NCBI GenBank assembly: GCA_018335585.1 | Contig: JAGXRZ010000053.1 | Location: 25,189-89,188, forward strand | Reading direction: 5' to 3' | Length of the DNA: 64,000 nucleotides | From: Selenomonadales bacterium | GTDB lineage: Bacteria > Bacillota > UBA994 | Part shown: positions 50,062-60,171 of the stretch, piece by piece | Numbering within the stretch: position 1 is the first letter of the stretch | How the letters are laid out: each line of letters begins with the position of its first letter | Translations under genes and position numbers: made by a program | The notes under the pieces: model-generated | Told to the model about the DNA's origin: nothing | The model's input: only the letters and a program-made list of their open reading frames with translations | Databases searched by the model: none

Positions 50062-50771
50062 CCGGCCGTAAGCTGCATCTTCCACTGTCTGCACAGGGCA
50101 TCTACACAAAGTACCATAGCTACAATTCCCGCCAAAATTACCCCGACGTTTGGCCAGAGCTGAAACTGAATGTTGGCGTACAGCAGCTCGCCGATGCCGC
50201 CGGCACCGACTAATCCTAACACTGTAGCTAGGCGGATGTTCGTCTCTAGGCAGGTGAGGCTTCGGTCAAGCAGATTCGCCGAATTGCCCGTAGCAAAGCG
50301 GCCTAGCGAATAGAGCGTGAGGGCTGTAAGTCCGGCTGTCGGGCCGGCCCCTAAGCCACGCACGAGCACGAGGGCCCACACCAAGGCGTGAACTGCCCCT
50401 ACCCCGCGAAGACACATATGTATCACGCGACTCACACTAGGCGGCAGGACGACGCTCGCACGCACCCAGCCGCTAAGTATAACCGCCCCCGTCGCTATCG
50501 CCGTGCTGAGCAGCGCAATCAGCAGACTCTCGCTCAGCTCGCCGCTGATGCGCCCGAAATAGCCAAAGTTAGGCGGGAACATTTGCATAACGACGCCCAA
50601 CATGGCGCGCGGGCCATCTGCAAGCTGGGCCCATCCGCCTGTAAATCCGGCACCGCCCCAGCGCAGCCCAATCAGCATAGCGCCTACTGTCAGGGCTATC
50701 AGTCCATGGCGTTTGAGTAACGACAGCAGGTTTCCCAAGCACATCTCTCCTCGATCGTGGCCTGCGCACAA
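50019..50771 (-). CDS. PhnE-like ABC permease remnant (orphan; EAA loop apparently deleted)
   Basis: GPTAGLTALTLYSLG...ETNIRLATVLGLVGAGGIGELL matches the PhnE C-terminal signature. The EAA(x)GA(x)Q loop is missing, and there are no adjacent phnC/phnD genes. Confidence 0.45.
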   Translation of the reverse strand: MCAGHDRGEMCLGNLLSLLKRHGLIALTVGAMLIGLRWGGAGFTGGWAQLADGPRAMLGVVMQMFPPNFGYFGRISGELSESLLIALLSTAIATGAVILSGWVRASVVLPPSVSRVIHMCLRGVGAVHALVWALVLVRGLGAGPTAGLTALTLYSLGRFATGNSANLLDRSLTCLETNIRLATVLGLVGAGGIGELLYANIQFQLWPNVGVILAGIVAMVLCVDALCRQWKMQLTAGQSLTSQQARQRAS

Positions 50772-50798
50772 CTCTAGCTCTGCGCAGTAGCAGAATAA

Positions 50799-51446
50799 CT
50801 ACTGAGTTTTGATATTTACGAGTGCATGAGTCACTATCGACACCCATAACCTTCCGGTGCCGAGGCTAAGGGCGCTTTTGTCATTTTGTGGAGCGTACAA
50901 TAAGCAAAGGAGAAGTCCACTCACAAATGCCTGCAAAAAGTTGTCGTGGCGCAAACCGAAAATGACCGTACTAAGCAATATCGCCGGCCATCTCTTCGGC
51001 ATATATTCCGACAATCTGCGGAGCAGGAAGCCTCTAAATAGCAGTTCCTCGGCCAGAGGAACTGTGACCACGCTGGTGAACATGTCGGACTGCATTGGAA
51101 GAAACAGCATGTTGAGCTTGTTCAGGCCTCCGTCAAACAAAAGTCTAATCAAAAAGCCTACCGGCACAATAATACCCATGGGAAGTGTCTTGCGTGAATC
51201 GTTGGTGCCCCACAGCCAGACACTCCCCCATGATCTGCGTCTATAGACAAGCAGGACATAGGCGATAACAAACACACCATGTAAGGTTCGCGTCACATTA
51301 TTGGCAAAAGTAAGGTTAGTTAGTTCAGGCAATCTAGGAACTAATGCCATGCAGGCCAACGGAATGATAACCGCACCAACGACGCTTATGAGTATGTACT
51401 CGCCAATAACTAATAGAATGTTATGCAAGCTATTTCTTTGTAGCAT
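50799..51446 (-). CDS. CPBP-family (CAAX/Abi) intramembrane metalloprotease
   Basis: PLAEELLFRGFL EExxxR motif; FGLRHDNF; second His motif. Confidence 0.8.
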   Translation of the reverse strand: MLQRNSLHNILLVIGEYILISVVGAVIIPLACMALVPRLPELTNLTFANNVTRTLHGVFVIAYVLLVYRRRSWGSVWLWGTNDSRKTLPMGIIVPVGFLIRLLFDGGLNKLNMLFLPMQSDMFTSVVTVPLAEELLFRGFLLRRLSEYMPKRWPAILLSTVIFGLRHDNFLQAFVSGLLLCLLYAPQNDKSALSLGTGRLWVSIVTHALVNIKTQ

Positions 51447-51567
51447 GTCGTCCCCCTATATAACAGCGCTACCTAATTTAGTATATCAAGCTCCGGACGG
51501 TAACACAAGGCAAGCGCGACACTCTTCTCTCACTCCTCCGTCTAGACAAACGAAGGGGTGATTTTTC

Positions 51568-52401
51568 TTGACAAAAATAGTCGTAGACAGTGCGCTCAAC
51601 ATACCGACCGACCTACTTAGCAGATTCGGCATCGGCGTTGTGCCTGTCAGCCTCACCATTGACGGTAAGAGCTACCGCGAGGGAGTAGACGCAACGCGGG
51701 CAGAACTAATCTCGCTTATCGGCCGCTCCGACGCACTCTCGACTTCCCAGCCCTCACCGGGCGACTTCCTCGAAGTGTACGACCGGCTCGGCGGCGAGAT
51801 TGTCTCTCTGCACATCACGGCCAAGGCGAGTGGCACCTACCAGTCGGCGGTGATGGCCGCCGGCATGACCAAGGCCAAAGTCACCGTCGTCGACACTGCC
51901 AACGCCTCCATGGGTGGCGGATGGCAGGCCATAGCGGCTGCGCTGCTCGCGGAGAAAGGCGTCTCGGCAGCCGAAATCGCCGCCAAAGCAGAGGCAGCTA
52001 AAAGAGAGACCTCGACGTTCTTATCGGTGCCCACTATGAAGTATCTCTCGCGCAGCGGGCGGGTCGGCTTAGCCAAAGCCCTCTTGGCGTCACTTCTCTC
52101 CGTCAAGCCGATTATGACGTTTAACGACGGCGTCGTCGAGGTCGTGGCGCGCTCGCGCAGCATGACCGGCGCCTGCAAGGAAATGGCCGGCTTGCTTAAG
52201 GACAAGTATGGCGCAAAACCCGTGGCCGTGGCCGTAATGCACGCCGACGACGTGGCTCTCGCACAGCAGTTTCAGGAGCTCCTGGCTAAATCTCTAAATG
52301 TCAAACTGGCACTTACCACAGACCTTACTGCCTCGCTCGTGGTACACGGCGGCCCCGGCACCATCGCCACCTCCGTCATCCCCTTTGAGTACGTCGAGTA
52401 A
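51568..52401 (+). CDS. DegV-family fatty-acid-binding protein
   Basis: KIVVDSALNIPTDLLSRFGIGVVPVSLTIDGKSYREGVD; TTG start. Confidence 0.85.
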   Translation: MTKIVVDSALNIPTDLLSRFGIGVVPVSLTIDGKSYREGVDATRAELISLIGRSDALSTSQPSPGDFLEVYDRLGGEIVSLHITAKASGTYQSAVMAAGMTKAKVTVVDTANASMGGGWQAIAAALLAEKGVSAAEIAAKAEAAKRETSTFLSVPTMKYLSRSGRVGLAKALLASLLSVKPIMTFNDGVVEVVARSRSMTGACKEMAGLLKDKYGAKPVAVAVMHADDVALAQQFQELLAKSLNVKLALTTDLTASLVVHGGPGTIATSVIPFEYVE

Positions 52402-52412
52402 GAAGCAAAAGG

Positions 52413-52442
52413 GAAGCAAAAGGGACGGAGCTTTTTGCTTCA
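52413..52442. repeat. 34-bp hairpin repeat copy 4 (inverted orientation, preceded by a partial duplicate)
   Basis: agaagcaaaagggaagcaaaagggacggagctttttgcttcac. Confidence 0.85.
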
Positions 52443-52462
52443 CAACCGGCTCCCAGCTCGAG

Positions 52463-52496
52463 GCAGCAGGAAGCTATCCTGCTGCTTTCTGTTTTT
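52463..52496 (+). terminator. Rho-independent terminator after degV
   Basis: GCAGCAGGAagctaTCCTGCTGC followed by tttctgttttt. Confidence 0.7.
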
Positions 52497-52498
52497 GA

Positions 52499-52606
52499 AG
52501 TCGCTTACCGCTCACCGCTTACCGCTAACCGCCCACGGCCCCCCACAAGCGACAAGCGACCGGCGTCCTGCGACATCGCCTTGCACAAGCGACAAAAACG
52601 CCAAGC
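52499..52606. repeat. Composite heptanucleotide tandem-repeat array (locus D): (CGCTYAC)x5 and (ACAAGCG)n
   Basis: tcgcttaccgctcaccgcttaccgctaaccgcccac...cacaagcgacaagcgac...cacaagcgacaaaaacgcc. ACAAGCG is the reverse complement of the CGCTTGT unit at locus A. Confidence 0.85.
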
Positions 52607-52638
52607 AATGTTACAATGTGTGTCGTAGAGGTGATCCG

Positions 52639-53511
52639 ATGATAGAAGCACTGTTTGCCTGTGTCTTGCGTGCTCACAGGACGATGCGCACACATCCGGT
52701 AGCAGTTTGGTTCCCAGCCCTCTTTAGCGTGGCTATGTTTGTCGTATTTCTCTTGATTGCGGTGGTACTAATCCTCCCTATTGTGCCCGATATTCTGACC
52801 CAACCTAACCCTGCCACCCTTGCCTCGCCTGCGGTTGTGCTCGCTCTATTTCCCCGCATTCTGCTCCTAATCGCACTAGCGGTGCCGTTAGTGCTAATCA
52901 CCGACGCAGGGACGCTGTACATACAGGCGCAAGCGGTGCGAGGACAGGATGTCGACACGAGTCACTTCTTCCTTGGCATGCGCAAGCTGTCTTGGCGGTT
53001 ACTTGCCGGTAGGGTCATCGAGTGGACGCTCTATTTGCTGCTCTCGGTCCCTCTGCTTGTGTCCGTAGTGCTGCGGGTCGTGAAGCTCATTGGGCCGGAA
53101 GGCCCTATGATGCTTGCGCCTGAAGAGCCAGTTTTCAGGGCGTTTATGGATTTTCTGCCCCTTGCCTTACTCACCGGCGCGATATATGTTGCCGTGGGCG
53201 TCTTGATGAGCATGTGGGCACGCGTGCTTGCCCTGCGGGAAGTGACTATGTTTCGCGCGCTTATCGCCGGCGCATCGTTTGCCCGCGCACATTTTTTCTC
53301 CATACTACTAGTCTTCATCGGCCAATGGGTATTGGCCTCCTTGCTGCAAAGGGTGCTTGGCGAAGGGGAGCTAGCAGGGATGATTGGGCTAGCCTTAGGC
53401 TATATCCTGCGCGTCTATGCTGGCATGACGCTTATGCACTTATATGAACTTCGTACTGCCGCCACACCGCAATCCGCCGCCGACGTGCAACCAATGGAAA
53501 ACGGAGGATAG
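52639..53511 (+). CDS. Hypothetical polytopic membrane protein immediately upstream of metK
   Basis: [15 protein letters not shown]...; about 6 TM helices. The upstream part of ORF-track entry 52435..53511 is repeat DNA. Confidence 0.5.
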   Translation: MIEALFACVLRAHRTMRTHPVAVWFPALFSVAMFVVFLLIAVVLILPIVPDILTQPNPATLASPAVVLALFPRILLLIALAVPLVLITDAGTLYIQAQAVRGQDVDTSHFFLGMRKLSWRLLAGRVIEWTLYLLLSVPLLVSVVLRVVKLIGPEGPMMLAPEEPVFRAFMDFLPLALLTGAIYVAVGVLMSMWARVLALREVTMFRALIAGASFARAHFFSILLVFIGQWVLASLLQRVLGEGELAGMIGLALGYILRVYAGMTLMHLYELRTAATPQSAADVQPMENGG

Positions 53512-53513
53512 AG

Positions 53514-54725
53514 ATGCGACACTTTTTTACCTCAGAGTCAGTGACAGAAGGGCACCCCGATAAAATCTGCGATCAAATTGCCGACGCCGTACTAGACGCC
53601 ATTCTCACGCAAGACAGCACCGCCCGCGTAGCGTGCGAAACGGCGGTCACTACCGGACTTGTCCTGGTCATGGGCGAGATATCCACTACCTGCTATGTGG
53701 ACATCCCGCGTATAGTGCGTGACACCGTGCGCGAAATCGGCTACACGCGGGCTAAGTATGGCTTTGACGCCGAGACGTGTGCAGTAATTACGTCCATCGA
53801 CGAGCAGTCGCCCGATATCGCCCAAGGCGTCAACCAGGCACTAGAGCAAAGGGAGGGTGGCGAGGCGCCCGACCAAGCCTCGAGCACCGGTGCCGGCGAC
53901 CAAGGCATGATGTTTGGCTATGCCTGTGCAGAGACGCCGGAATACATGCCTTTGCCCATTAGTCTGGCCCATAGCCTCGCACGCCGCCTGAGCGCCGTGC
54001 GCAAACAGCGCATTATCCCTTATCTCCGGCCCGATGGCAAAACTCAAGTCACCGTGGAATACGAGGGACATCGCCCCGTGCGGGTTGACACGGTTGTAGT
54101 CTCGGCGCAACACAAACCGGAGGTCACACTCCCGACCATTCGCGAGGACATCATTGCGCAGGTCGTGCGCCACTGCATCCCCGCGCACTTGCTCGACCAC
54201 AAGACAAAGTTCCTTATAAATCCAACGGGCCGATTTGTGGTGGGCGGGCCGCAGGGCGACAGCGGCCTCACCGGGCGCAAAATCATGGTCGACACTTACG
54301 GTGGTGCAGCACGCCACGGCGGCGGAGCGTTTTCCGGCAAAGACCCAACCAAAGTTGATCGCTCGGCGGCGTATGCGGCGCGCTATGTGACGAAAAACAT
54401 CGTAGCCGCAGGGTTAGCGGAGCGCTGTGAGTTGCAGGTCGCCTACGCCATTGGGGTGGCGAAGCCCGTCTCGATTATGGTCGATACCTTTGGCACGGGT
54501 GCAGTAAGCTCAGACAAGCTAGCCCAGATTGTAGGCCGCCATTTTGACTTACGTCCGGCAGCGATTATCGCGCACCTAGGCCTGAGGGCGCCAATCTATC
54601 GCCAAGTAGCGGCTTATGGCCACATGGGGCGCCCTGACCTTGACCTCCCCTGGGAGCGACTTGATAAGGTGGCGGAGTTAAGGCAGTATGTGGGTGCCCA
54701 GTGCCCAGTGCCCAGTGCTCAGTAG
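53514..54725 (+). CDS. metK: S-adenosylmethionine synthetase; the C-terminal 10 residues come from the heptad repeat array
   Basis: [10 protein letters not shown]; GAGDQG; [18 protein letters not shown]. The terminal ...[12 protein letters not shown] is encoded by the GTGCCCA repeats. Confidence 0.95.
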   Translation: MRHFFTSESVTEGHPDKICDQIADAVLDAILTQDSTARVACETAVTTGLVLVMGEISTTCYVDIPRIVRDTVREIGYTRAKYGFDAETCAVITSIDEQSPDIAQGVNQALEQREGGEAPDQASSTGAGDQGMMFGYACAETPEYMPLPISLAHSLARRLSAVRKQRIIPYLRPDGKTQVTVEYEGHRPVRVDTVVVSAQHKPEVTLPTIREDIIAQVVRHCIPAHLLDHKTKFLINPTGRFVVGGPQGDSGLTGRKIMVDTYGGAARHGGGAFSGKDPTKVDRSAAYAARYVTKNIVAAGLAERCELQVAYAIGVAKPVSIMVDTFGTGAVSSDKLAQIVGRHFDLRPAAIIAHLGLRAPIYRQVAAYGHMGRPDLDLPWERLDKVAELRQYVGAQCPVPSAQ

Positions 54726-54900
54726 AACGGGGGACTCTTGGCTCCTGGCTCCTGGTAGAGGGAGTGCTTAGCGGTTAAAGCGTACGGCTTACAGCGTACA
54801 GCTTACAGCCATCAGCGGACAGCCACTCCGCAGTGGCAGTTCATGATTCACGATTCCTGATTCATGATTGCTCAATGCTCACCGCTCACCGCTCAAAGCT
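54694..54900. repeat. Composite heptanucleotide tandem-repeat array (locus E): (GTGCCCA)x4, (TGGCTCC)x2, (GCTTACA)x3, (TTCAYGA)x4, (CGCTCAC)x2
   Basis: Module order mirrors locus C. Confidence 0.9.
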
Positions 54901-54940
54901 AAAAAGGTGGAGAGGCCAAAGCCTTTCCACCTTTTCATTT
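54901..54940. terminator. Bidirectional terminator between metK and nhaC
   Basis: aaaaaGGTGGAGAGGCcaaaGCCTTTCCACCtttt. Confidence 0.65.
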
Positions 54941-54954
54941 AACCAGATTCCAAA

Positions 54955-56346
54955 CTATTCGTCCTTGAGCTTAGCCATGGAGAACCCGGTGTAGCCGTAG
55001 ATGACATTAATTACTGGCACAAGCAGGTTGAAGAAGGCAAAGGGGAGGTACGCCGCAGGAGCAACGCCTAGTGTCGCCGCCATAAACGCGCCGCACGTGT
55101 TCCATGGAATCAGGGCCGAAGTCACGGTGCCGGCTCCCTCAAGGGCACGCGACAAGTTCTTTGGCGCTAGGTCGCGCTTTGCATATTCTTCCTTAAACAG
55201 GCGACCGGGCAGTACGATGGCGAGGTACTGGTCGGCAGCGAGAATGTTGGTGCCGATGCAAGCCAGCACGGTGCTCAGCACGAGCGAGCCGGTGCTCTTA
55301 GCTGCGGCAAAGACCTTCTTGCCGACAGCCTCTAACATGCCCGTCTTCTCTAGCACGCCGCCGAAAACTAAGGCGCAGACGATCAGTGATACCGTAAACA
55401 TCATGCCGTCGAGTCCGCCACGGTTAAGCAGCCGGTCTACCGCGGCAACGCCTGATTCAATCTCAAAGCCGAAGTGGGCCGATCCGATGATGTCGCCAAT
55501 GGAAGCGCCCTGGAACAAGGCCGCGAAGATGGCACCGACTACCGAGCCGGCGATTAACCCCGGCAGAGCGGGAATCTTCATCGCGATTAGGCCAATAACC
55601 ACCAGTGGCGGTATCAACAGCCAAGGTGAAATAGCGAAGTTGTCGCGGAGGGCGTTAAGAATAACGTTGATGCGCTCGGCGTCTAGTGTGCGCCCAGCGA
55701 ACTTCATACCCAGTACGCCGTAAAGTATCGCAGAAATAGCAAAAGCTGGGAGGGTGGTGTAGAGCATATGCTTGACATGAGCGAACAGAGAGCTGCCGGA
55801 AACAGCGGGAGAAAGGTTCGTCGTATCAGACAGAGGGGAAAGCTTGTCGCCAAAGTATGCGCCCGACACAACGGCGCCTGCCACCATACCGGCGGGGACA
55901 TCAAGGCCGATGCCGATACCGGTAAGCGCAATACCTACCGTGCCGGCTGTACCCCAAGAGGTACCTGTCGCTAACGAGACGACGCAGCAAATGAAGAACG
56001 TAGCAACTAGGAATATACTAGGAGACAGAATCTGCAGGCCGTAGTAAATCATCGCGGGAATCGTTCCGCTTAGAATCCATAGGCCGATTAGCGTACCGAC
56101 TACCATCAGGATAAGGATAGCCTGTAACGTGGCGGTGAGCGTAGCGCGCATGCCGTCCTCTAGTTCTCCCCAAGGTATGCCGAGCATTGTTATAGCGACA
56201 ATGGAGGCTACGATAGTTCCGAAAATAAGCGGGATGTGTGGGTAGGCTTCGTGCACGAGCACAGCATAGGATAGAGCGGCAACCGTCACAACAATAGGAA
56301 TAAGAGCATGGAGAATCGTTGCTTCTTTACGTTGCTTCGCGATCAC
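54955..56346 (-). CDS. nhaC: NhaC-family Na+/H+ antiporter
   Basis: 463 aa, ~12 TM helices, NhaC-like N-terminus. Confidence 0.8.
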   Translation of the reverse strand: MIAKQRKEATILHALIPIVVTVAALSYAVLVHEAYPHIPLIFGTIVASIVAITMLGIPWGELEDGMRATLTATLQAILILMVVGTLIGLWILSGTIPAMIYYGLQILSPSIFLVATFFICCVVSLATGTSWGTAGTVGIALTGIGIGLDVPAGMVAGAVVSGAYFGDKLSPLSDTTNLSPAVSGSSLFAHVKHMLYTTLPAFAISAILYGVLGMKFAGRTLDAERINVILNALRDNFAISPWLLIPPLVVIGLIAMKIPALPGLIAGSVVGAIFAALFQGASIGDIIGSAHFGFEIESGVAAVDRLLNRGGLDGMMFTVSLIVCALVFGGVLEKTGMLEAVGKKVFAAAKSTGSLVLSTVLACIGTNILAADQYLAIVLPGRLFKEEYAKRDLAPKNLSRALEGAGTVTSALIPWNTCGAFMAATLGVAPAAYLPFAFFNLLVPVINVIYGYTGFSMAKLKDE

Positions 56347-56529
56347 TGATTTCCCTCCTTATAATTTTTCACTGAGCGCCTCAATCTCTTTCTATATTGC
56401 GGCCTCCCTCACCTTCTCAAAAAAAATGAATTGTACAATAAAATTTTAACTTGGCGGCCTCAATTAAGCAAGAGACAGATTTAGGATGAGCACTGAGCAC
56501 TACTCCACTGCATACCATAGTGCAAGGGG

Positions 56530-56892
56530 GTGGGGCGCGTGCTCTGGATACTCGTCTTCGTGTTGGCGACAATCCTCTGCGCGCTTTGCGCGGCGAGACA
56601 GACCCGCATAGATGAGCCGCATGCATTAGGTCTAGACTTCGGGGATTCGCCTGAGCTGGTGGAGTATACGCTGCGGGCTATCGCCAAGCGAGCGGAACGT
56701 GAGGGCATCTGCAATCTAAACATCTATCTCGAGGCCCGCGACGAGGAGTGTAAGCGCATTGCCGCGCGCTTGTGTGAGTATATTCCGCTATACTTACACC
56801 TTGGAGCGCATACTGCTGTTCCGGCGGTGCAAGTCGCAGCCTTTGCAGGTGTTAACATGGTGCAGAAAATGAGTTTTAAGTCATTGGTCTAG
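56530..56892 (+). CDS. Hypothetical protein with an N-terminal hydrophobic segment
   Basis: ORF only. No recognisable motif beyond an N-terminal TM or signal segment and several Cys residues. Confidence 0.3.
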   Translation: MGRVLWILVFVLATILCALCAARQTRIDEPHALGLDFGDSPELVEYTLRAIAKRAEREGICNLNIYLEARDEECKRIAARLCEYIPLYLHLGAHTAVPAVQVAAFAGVNMVQKMSFKSLV

Positions 56893-56964
56893 TGAAAGCC
56901 GCTCGGTGCAGGAGATGCGCCTGACTTGTCAAATATAGCGGGTGAGATAAGGTGAGGTGAGCGC

Positions 56965-59130
56965 GTGCTGCAGCTAAAAGGAACTATTGAGCGTGTGGTC
57001 TTCTATAATCCAGCCAATCACTACAGTGTACTGCGCTTTAAGCTGCGCGATAACCAGATTGTTACGGTCGTAGGGCTTATCCCGGGCGCAGCTGTGGGCA
57101 AGGAGCTGGAGCTAACAGGGGAGTACACCTCGCACCCGCAGTACGGCAAGCAGTTTTCGGCCACCGCGTACGTCGAGCGTGCGCCGCTAGAGGCAGTAGG
57201 CATAGAGAAGTATCTGGGCTCGGGGCTTGTCCCCGGCATCGGCCCGGGCACGGCCAAGCGGCTTGTCGCCCATTTTGGGGCCGATACTCTGCGCGTCCTT
57301 GAGCACTCGCCGGAGCGCTTACAAGAAGTGCCCGGACTAGGCGCCTCCAAACGCGCCAAGCTGCTTAACGGTTTGGCAGGGCAGCGGGAAGTGCAAAAGG
57401 TAATGGTCTTTCTGCAGGGGCACGGCATTACCCCGGCCTACGCCAGCCGTATCTACCGCGAGTACGGTGCCGAAACCGAAGCCGCCATCCGCAAAAATCC
57501 TTATCGCTTGGCGGACGACGTGTTTGGCATCGGCTTTCGCACGGCGGACAAGCTAGCGCGCGAATTAGGTTTCCTACCGGAGGAGCCGCGGCGCTTAGCG
57601 GCCGGCATCCGCTTTGTCTTGCGCGAGGCGGAAAACAGCGGCCACTGCTACCTACCCCTCGGCGTGCTAGAAAAAGACGCCGCAGCGGCGCTCGAGGTGC
57701 CGCCGGAGCTAATCGCCCCCATAGTAGAGAACCTTGTGCAGGGCAAACACCTCGTGCGCGCCGTTCAGGGAGAGGAAACCCGCATCTACCGTGTTCCCGT
57801 CTACGCCGCCGAAGTCGCAGTCGCCGGTAAACTGCGCGATTTAAGCCGCCTGCCGGTGCCTTTTCTAAGCGAAAGCCTCGCGGCAGAGCTGCAGGCCTTT
57901 ACCGCGCGCTACGGCATTGCCTTAGTCGAAGCGCAGCGCCAAGCTATAGCCACCGCGCTTAGTCACGGCGTCACGGTCATTACGGGCGGCCCGGGTACGG
58001 GAAAGACGACGCTTGTTAAGGCTCTCGTGCACATTTGCGAGGCGCGGCAGTGGTCGGTATACTTAGCTGCGCCTACCGGCAGGGCCGCCAAACGCCTGCA
58101 GGAGGCCACCGGGCAGGAAGCTAAGACGGTGCATCGCCTGTTGGAATACACGCCGCAACAGCAACACTTTCACTTTGCCCGTAACGAGGAGAATCCCCTC
58201 CGCTGCGACATGTTAGTGCTCGACGAATCGTCCATGATGGACCTGTCGCTGATGTACCACCTGTTGCGGGCCGTCCCCCTAGGTTGCCGCCTCGTCCTCG
58301 TAGGCGACGTCGATCAACTCCCCCCCGTAGGCGCAGGTAACGTCCTGCGCGATATTATCAGCTCGGGCCTCTTGCCGCTCGTACGCCTCGAAGTCATTTT
58401 TCGCCAAGCCAAAGAGAGTCTAATTATTTCTAACGCACACCGCATCAATCGCGGCGAGTTTCCTTATCTGGCCACCAACAGGCGCGACTTTTTGTTCCTG
58501 GCGGAGGATGACCCCGAGCGAGTCGTAGCTTGTGTCTTAGAGGTAGTGCAGCAGCGCCTCCCCAAGCTATACCGCTATCACCCCATCCAAGACATACAGG
58601 TGTTAACGCCGATGCGCCGCACCGCTACCGGCGTGGACAACCTAAATCTCCTATTGCAGCGGGCACTTAACCCGCCCTCTCCCAGTAAGGCTGAAGTACA
58701 GACGCCCGGCACCGTGCTTCGCTTAGGCGATAAAGTTATGCAAATTCGCAACAACTACACGCGTTTCGTTTATAATGGAGATGTAGGAACTATTGTCGCT
58801 ATCGACGGCGAAGATGGCGAGCTGACCGTAGCCTACCCTGAGCGCAACGTCGTCTATGAGCTGACCGAGCTGTCGGAGCTGACGCTAGCCTATGCCTCGA
58901 CAGTGCACAAGAGCCAAGGCAGCGAGTACCGAGCCGTAGTACTGCCCTTTACCACCCAGCACTATGTGATGCTACAGCGTAACCTCCTCTACACCGCCAT
59001 TACACGCGCACGCGAAATGGTAGTTATAGTGGGCAGCAAAAGAGCAGTAGCGATTGCTGTTAAGAACAACAAGCTAGAACAGCGGTACACCGGCCTGGCT
59101 ACGCTCCTCACACAGGGATGGCTGCTCTAA
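56965..59130 (+). CDS. recD2: RecD2 (RecD/TraA-family) 5'-3' DNA helicase
   Basis: Walker A VITGGPGTGKTT; DESSM; SF1B motifs; N-terminal OB/HhH region. Confidence 0.9.
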   Translation: MLQLKGTIERVVFYNPANHYSVLRFKLRDNQIVTVVGLIPGAAVGKELELTGEYTSHPQYGKQFSATAYVERAPLEAVGIEKYLGSGLVPGIGPGTAKRLVAHFGADTLRVLEHSPERLQEVPGLGASKRAKLLNGLAGQREVQKVMVFLQGHGITPAYASRIYREYGAETEAAIRKNPYRLADDVFGIGFRTADKLARELGFLPEEPRRLAAGIRFVLREAENSGHCYLPLGVLEKDAAAALEVPPELIAPIVENLVQGKHLVRAVQGEETRIYRVPVYAAEVAVAGKLRDLSRLPVPFLSESLAAELQAFTARYGIALVEAQRQAIATALSHGVTVITGGPGTGKTTLVKALVHICEARQWSVYLAAPTGRAAKRLQEATGQEAKTVHRLLEYTPQQQHFHFARNEENPLRCDMLVLDESSMMDLSLMYHLLRAVPLGCRLVLVGDVDQLPPVGAGNVLRDIISSGLLPLVRLEVIFRQAKESLIISNAHRINRGEFPYLATNRRDFLFLAEDDPERVVACVLEVVQQRLPKLYRYHPIQDIQVLTPMRRTATGVDNLNLLLQRALNPPSPSKAEVQTPGTVLRLGDKVMQIRNNYTRFVYNGDVGTIVAIDGEDGELTVAYPERNVVYELTELSELTLAYASTVHKSQGSEYRAVVLPFTTQHYVMLQRNLLYTAITRAREMVVIVGSKRAVAIAVKNNKLEQRYTGLATLLTQGWLL

Positions 59131-59780
59131 TGCAGTGGCTACTTGAGCTCGTGTTCCCCCCGCGCGCGCGGTGTGCTATCTGTAGCGAGCCGAGTGAAGA
59201 AGAAATCTGCGCCTTCTGTACGGCCGATATCGCAGCATTTAGGCGCCTCTGTAGCACAGGTCGCATCGCCTTTCCAGGCAATGTCAAAATCGCCGCACTC
59301 TTGCCGTATGAGGGGCGCGTGCGAAAAACAATCCATCGGCTTAAGTTCGCCAACAAACCGGCCATAGCGCGCTCTTTGGCACGAGCTTTTGCGGCAGCCG
59401 CGGTATTACCTAGCACAGGCATCGACCTGGTCACGGCCGTGCCTATGCATAGAGCGAGATACCTAGAGAGAGGCTACAACCAGGCAGAGCTGTTAGCCAA
59501 AGAACTAGCCGCACTGCAGAACTTGCCGTTTAAGCAGGTGCTCGCGCGCACGCGCGCCACGCCGCCGCAGAACACATTAGGACGCAAAGCGCGCGCCACG
59601 AACGTAGCGGGAGCCTTTGCGGCAAAGGAAGACTTGACCGATCGCGGCATTCTGTTAGTTGACGATGTGTGTACTACCGGAAATACGGTACTAGCCTGCA
59701 GAGAAGCCCTTTATAAGGCAAACGCACGGGACGTAGTTATCGCAGCTGTAGCAATATCCCTAGCTCCGGGCCAAGGGTAA
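59118..59780 (+). CDS. comFC: ComF-family protein (ComFC; Zn-finger + phosphoribosyltransferase fold)
   Basis: CAICSEPSEEEICAFC zinc finger; LLVDDVCTTGNT PRT motif. Confidence 0.8.
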   Translation: MAALMQWLLELVFPPRARCAICSEPSEEEICAFCTADIAAFRRLCSTGRIAFPGNVKIAALLPYEGRVRKTIHRLKFANKPAIARSLARAFAAAAVLPSTGIDLVTAVPMHRARYLERGYNQAELLAKELAALQNLPFKQVLARTRATPPQNTLGRKARATNVAGAFAAKEDLTDRGILLVDDVCTTGNTVLACREALYKANARDVVIAAVAISLAPGQG

Positions 59781-59823
59781 GCAACGCTGCTAACGATTCA
59801 AAGCATATTGGGAGGTTACAGTC

Positions 59824-60027
59824 ATGAAGCAGCAGGGGAAAGTTAAGTGGTTTAATCAGCAGAAGGGGTTTGGGTTCATTACTACTAACGCGGGGCAGGA
59901 CGTGTTCGTCCACTTCTCGGCAATCGTGGGCGAGGGCTTTAAGTCACTCGAAGACGGCCAAGATGTGGAGTTCGAGGTCGTAGACGGACCGCGCGGTCCT
60001 CAGGCAACTAACGTCGCCAAGAAATAA
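59824..60027 (+). CDS. csp: Cold-shock protein (CspA family)
   Basis: [18 protein letters not shown]1 motif; [11 protein letters not shown]2 motif. Confidence 0.95.
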   Translation: MKQQGKVKWFNQQKGFGFITTNAGQDVFVHFSAIVGEGFKSLEDGQDVEFEVVDGPRGPQATNVAKK

Positions 60028-60029
60028 AC

Positions 60030-60065
60030 TAGGGGCCGAATGCGGCCTCTCTTCTCTTTTTTGCA
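60030..60065 (+). terminator. Rho-independent terminator after csp
   Basis: GGGGCCGAATGCGGCCTC followed by tcttctctttttt. Confidence 0.7.
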
Positions 60066-60171
60066 GGAGTCTTTATCCAAGGTAGCGAATACACCTAAAC
60101 AAAGCTAGGGAGTGTGAACGAGTTCCACGCGAATCGCGCACTTCGTAAGCTGAGAAGGAGGAGTACAGCGT

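Noticed and set aside
52435-52638. N-terminal 68 codons of ORF-track entry 52435..53511
   Set aside because: They are encoded by the hairpin repeat, the degV terminator and the heptad array (low-complexity peptide). The membrane protein starts at ATG ~52639.
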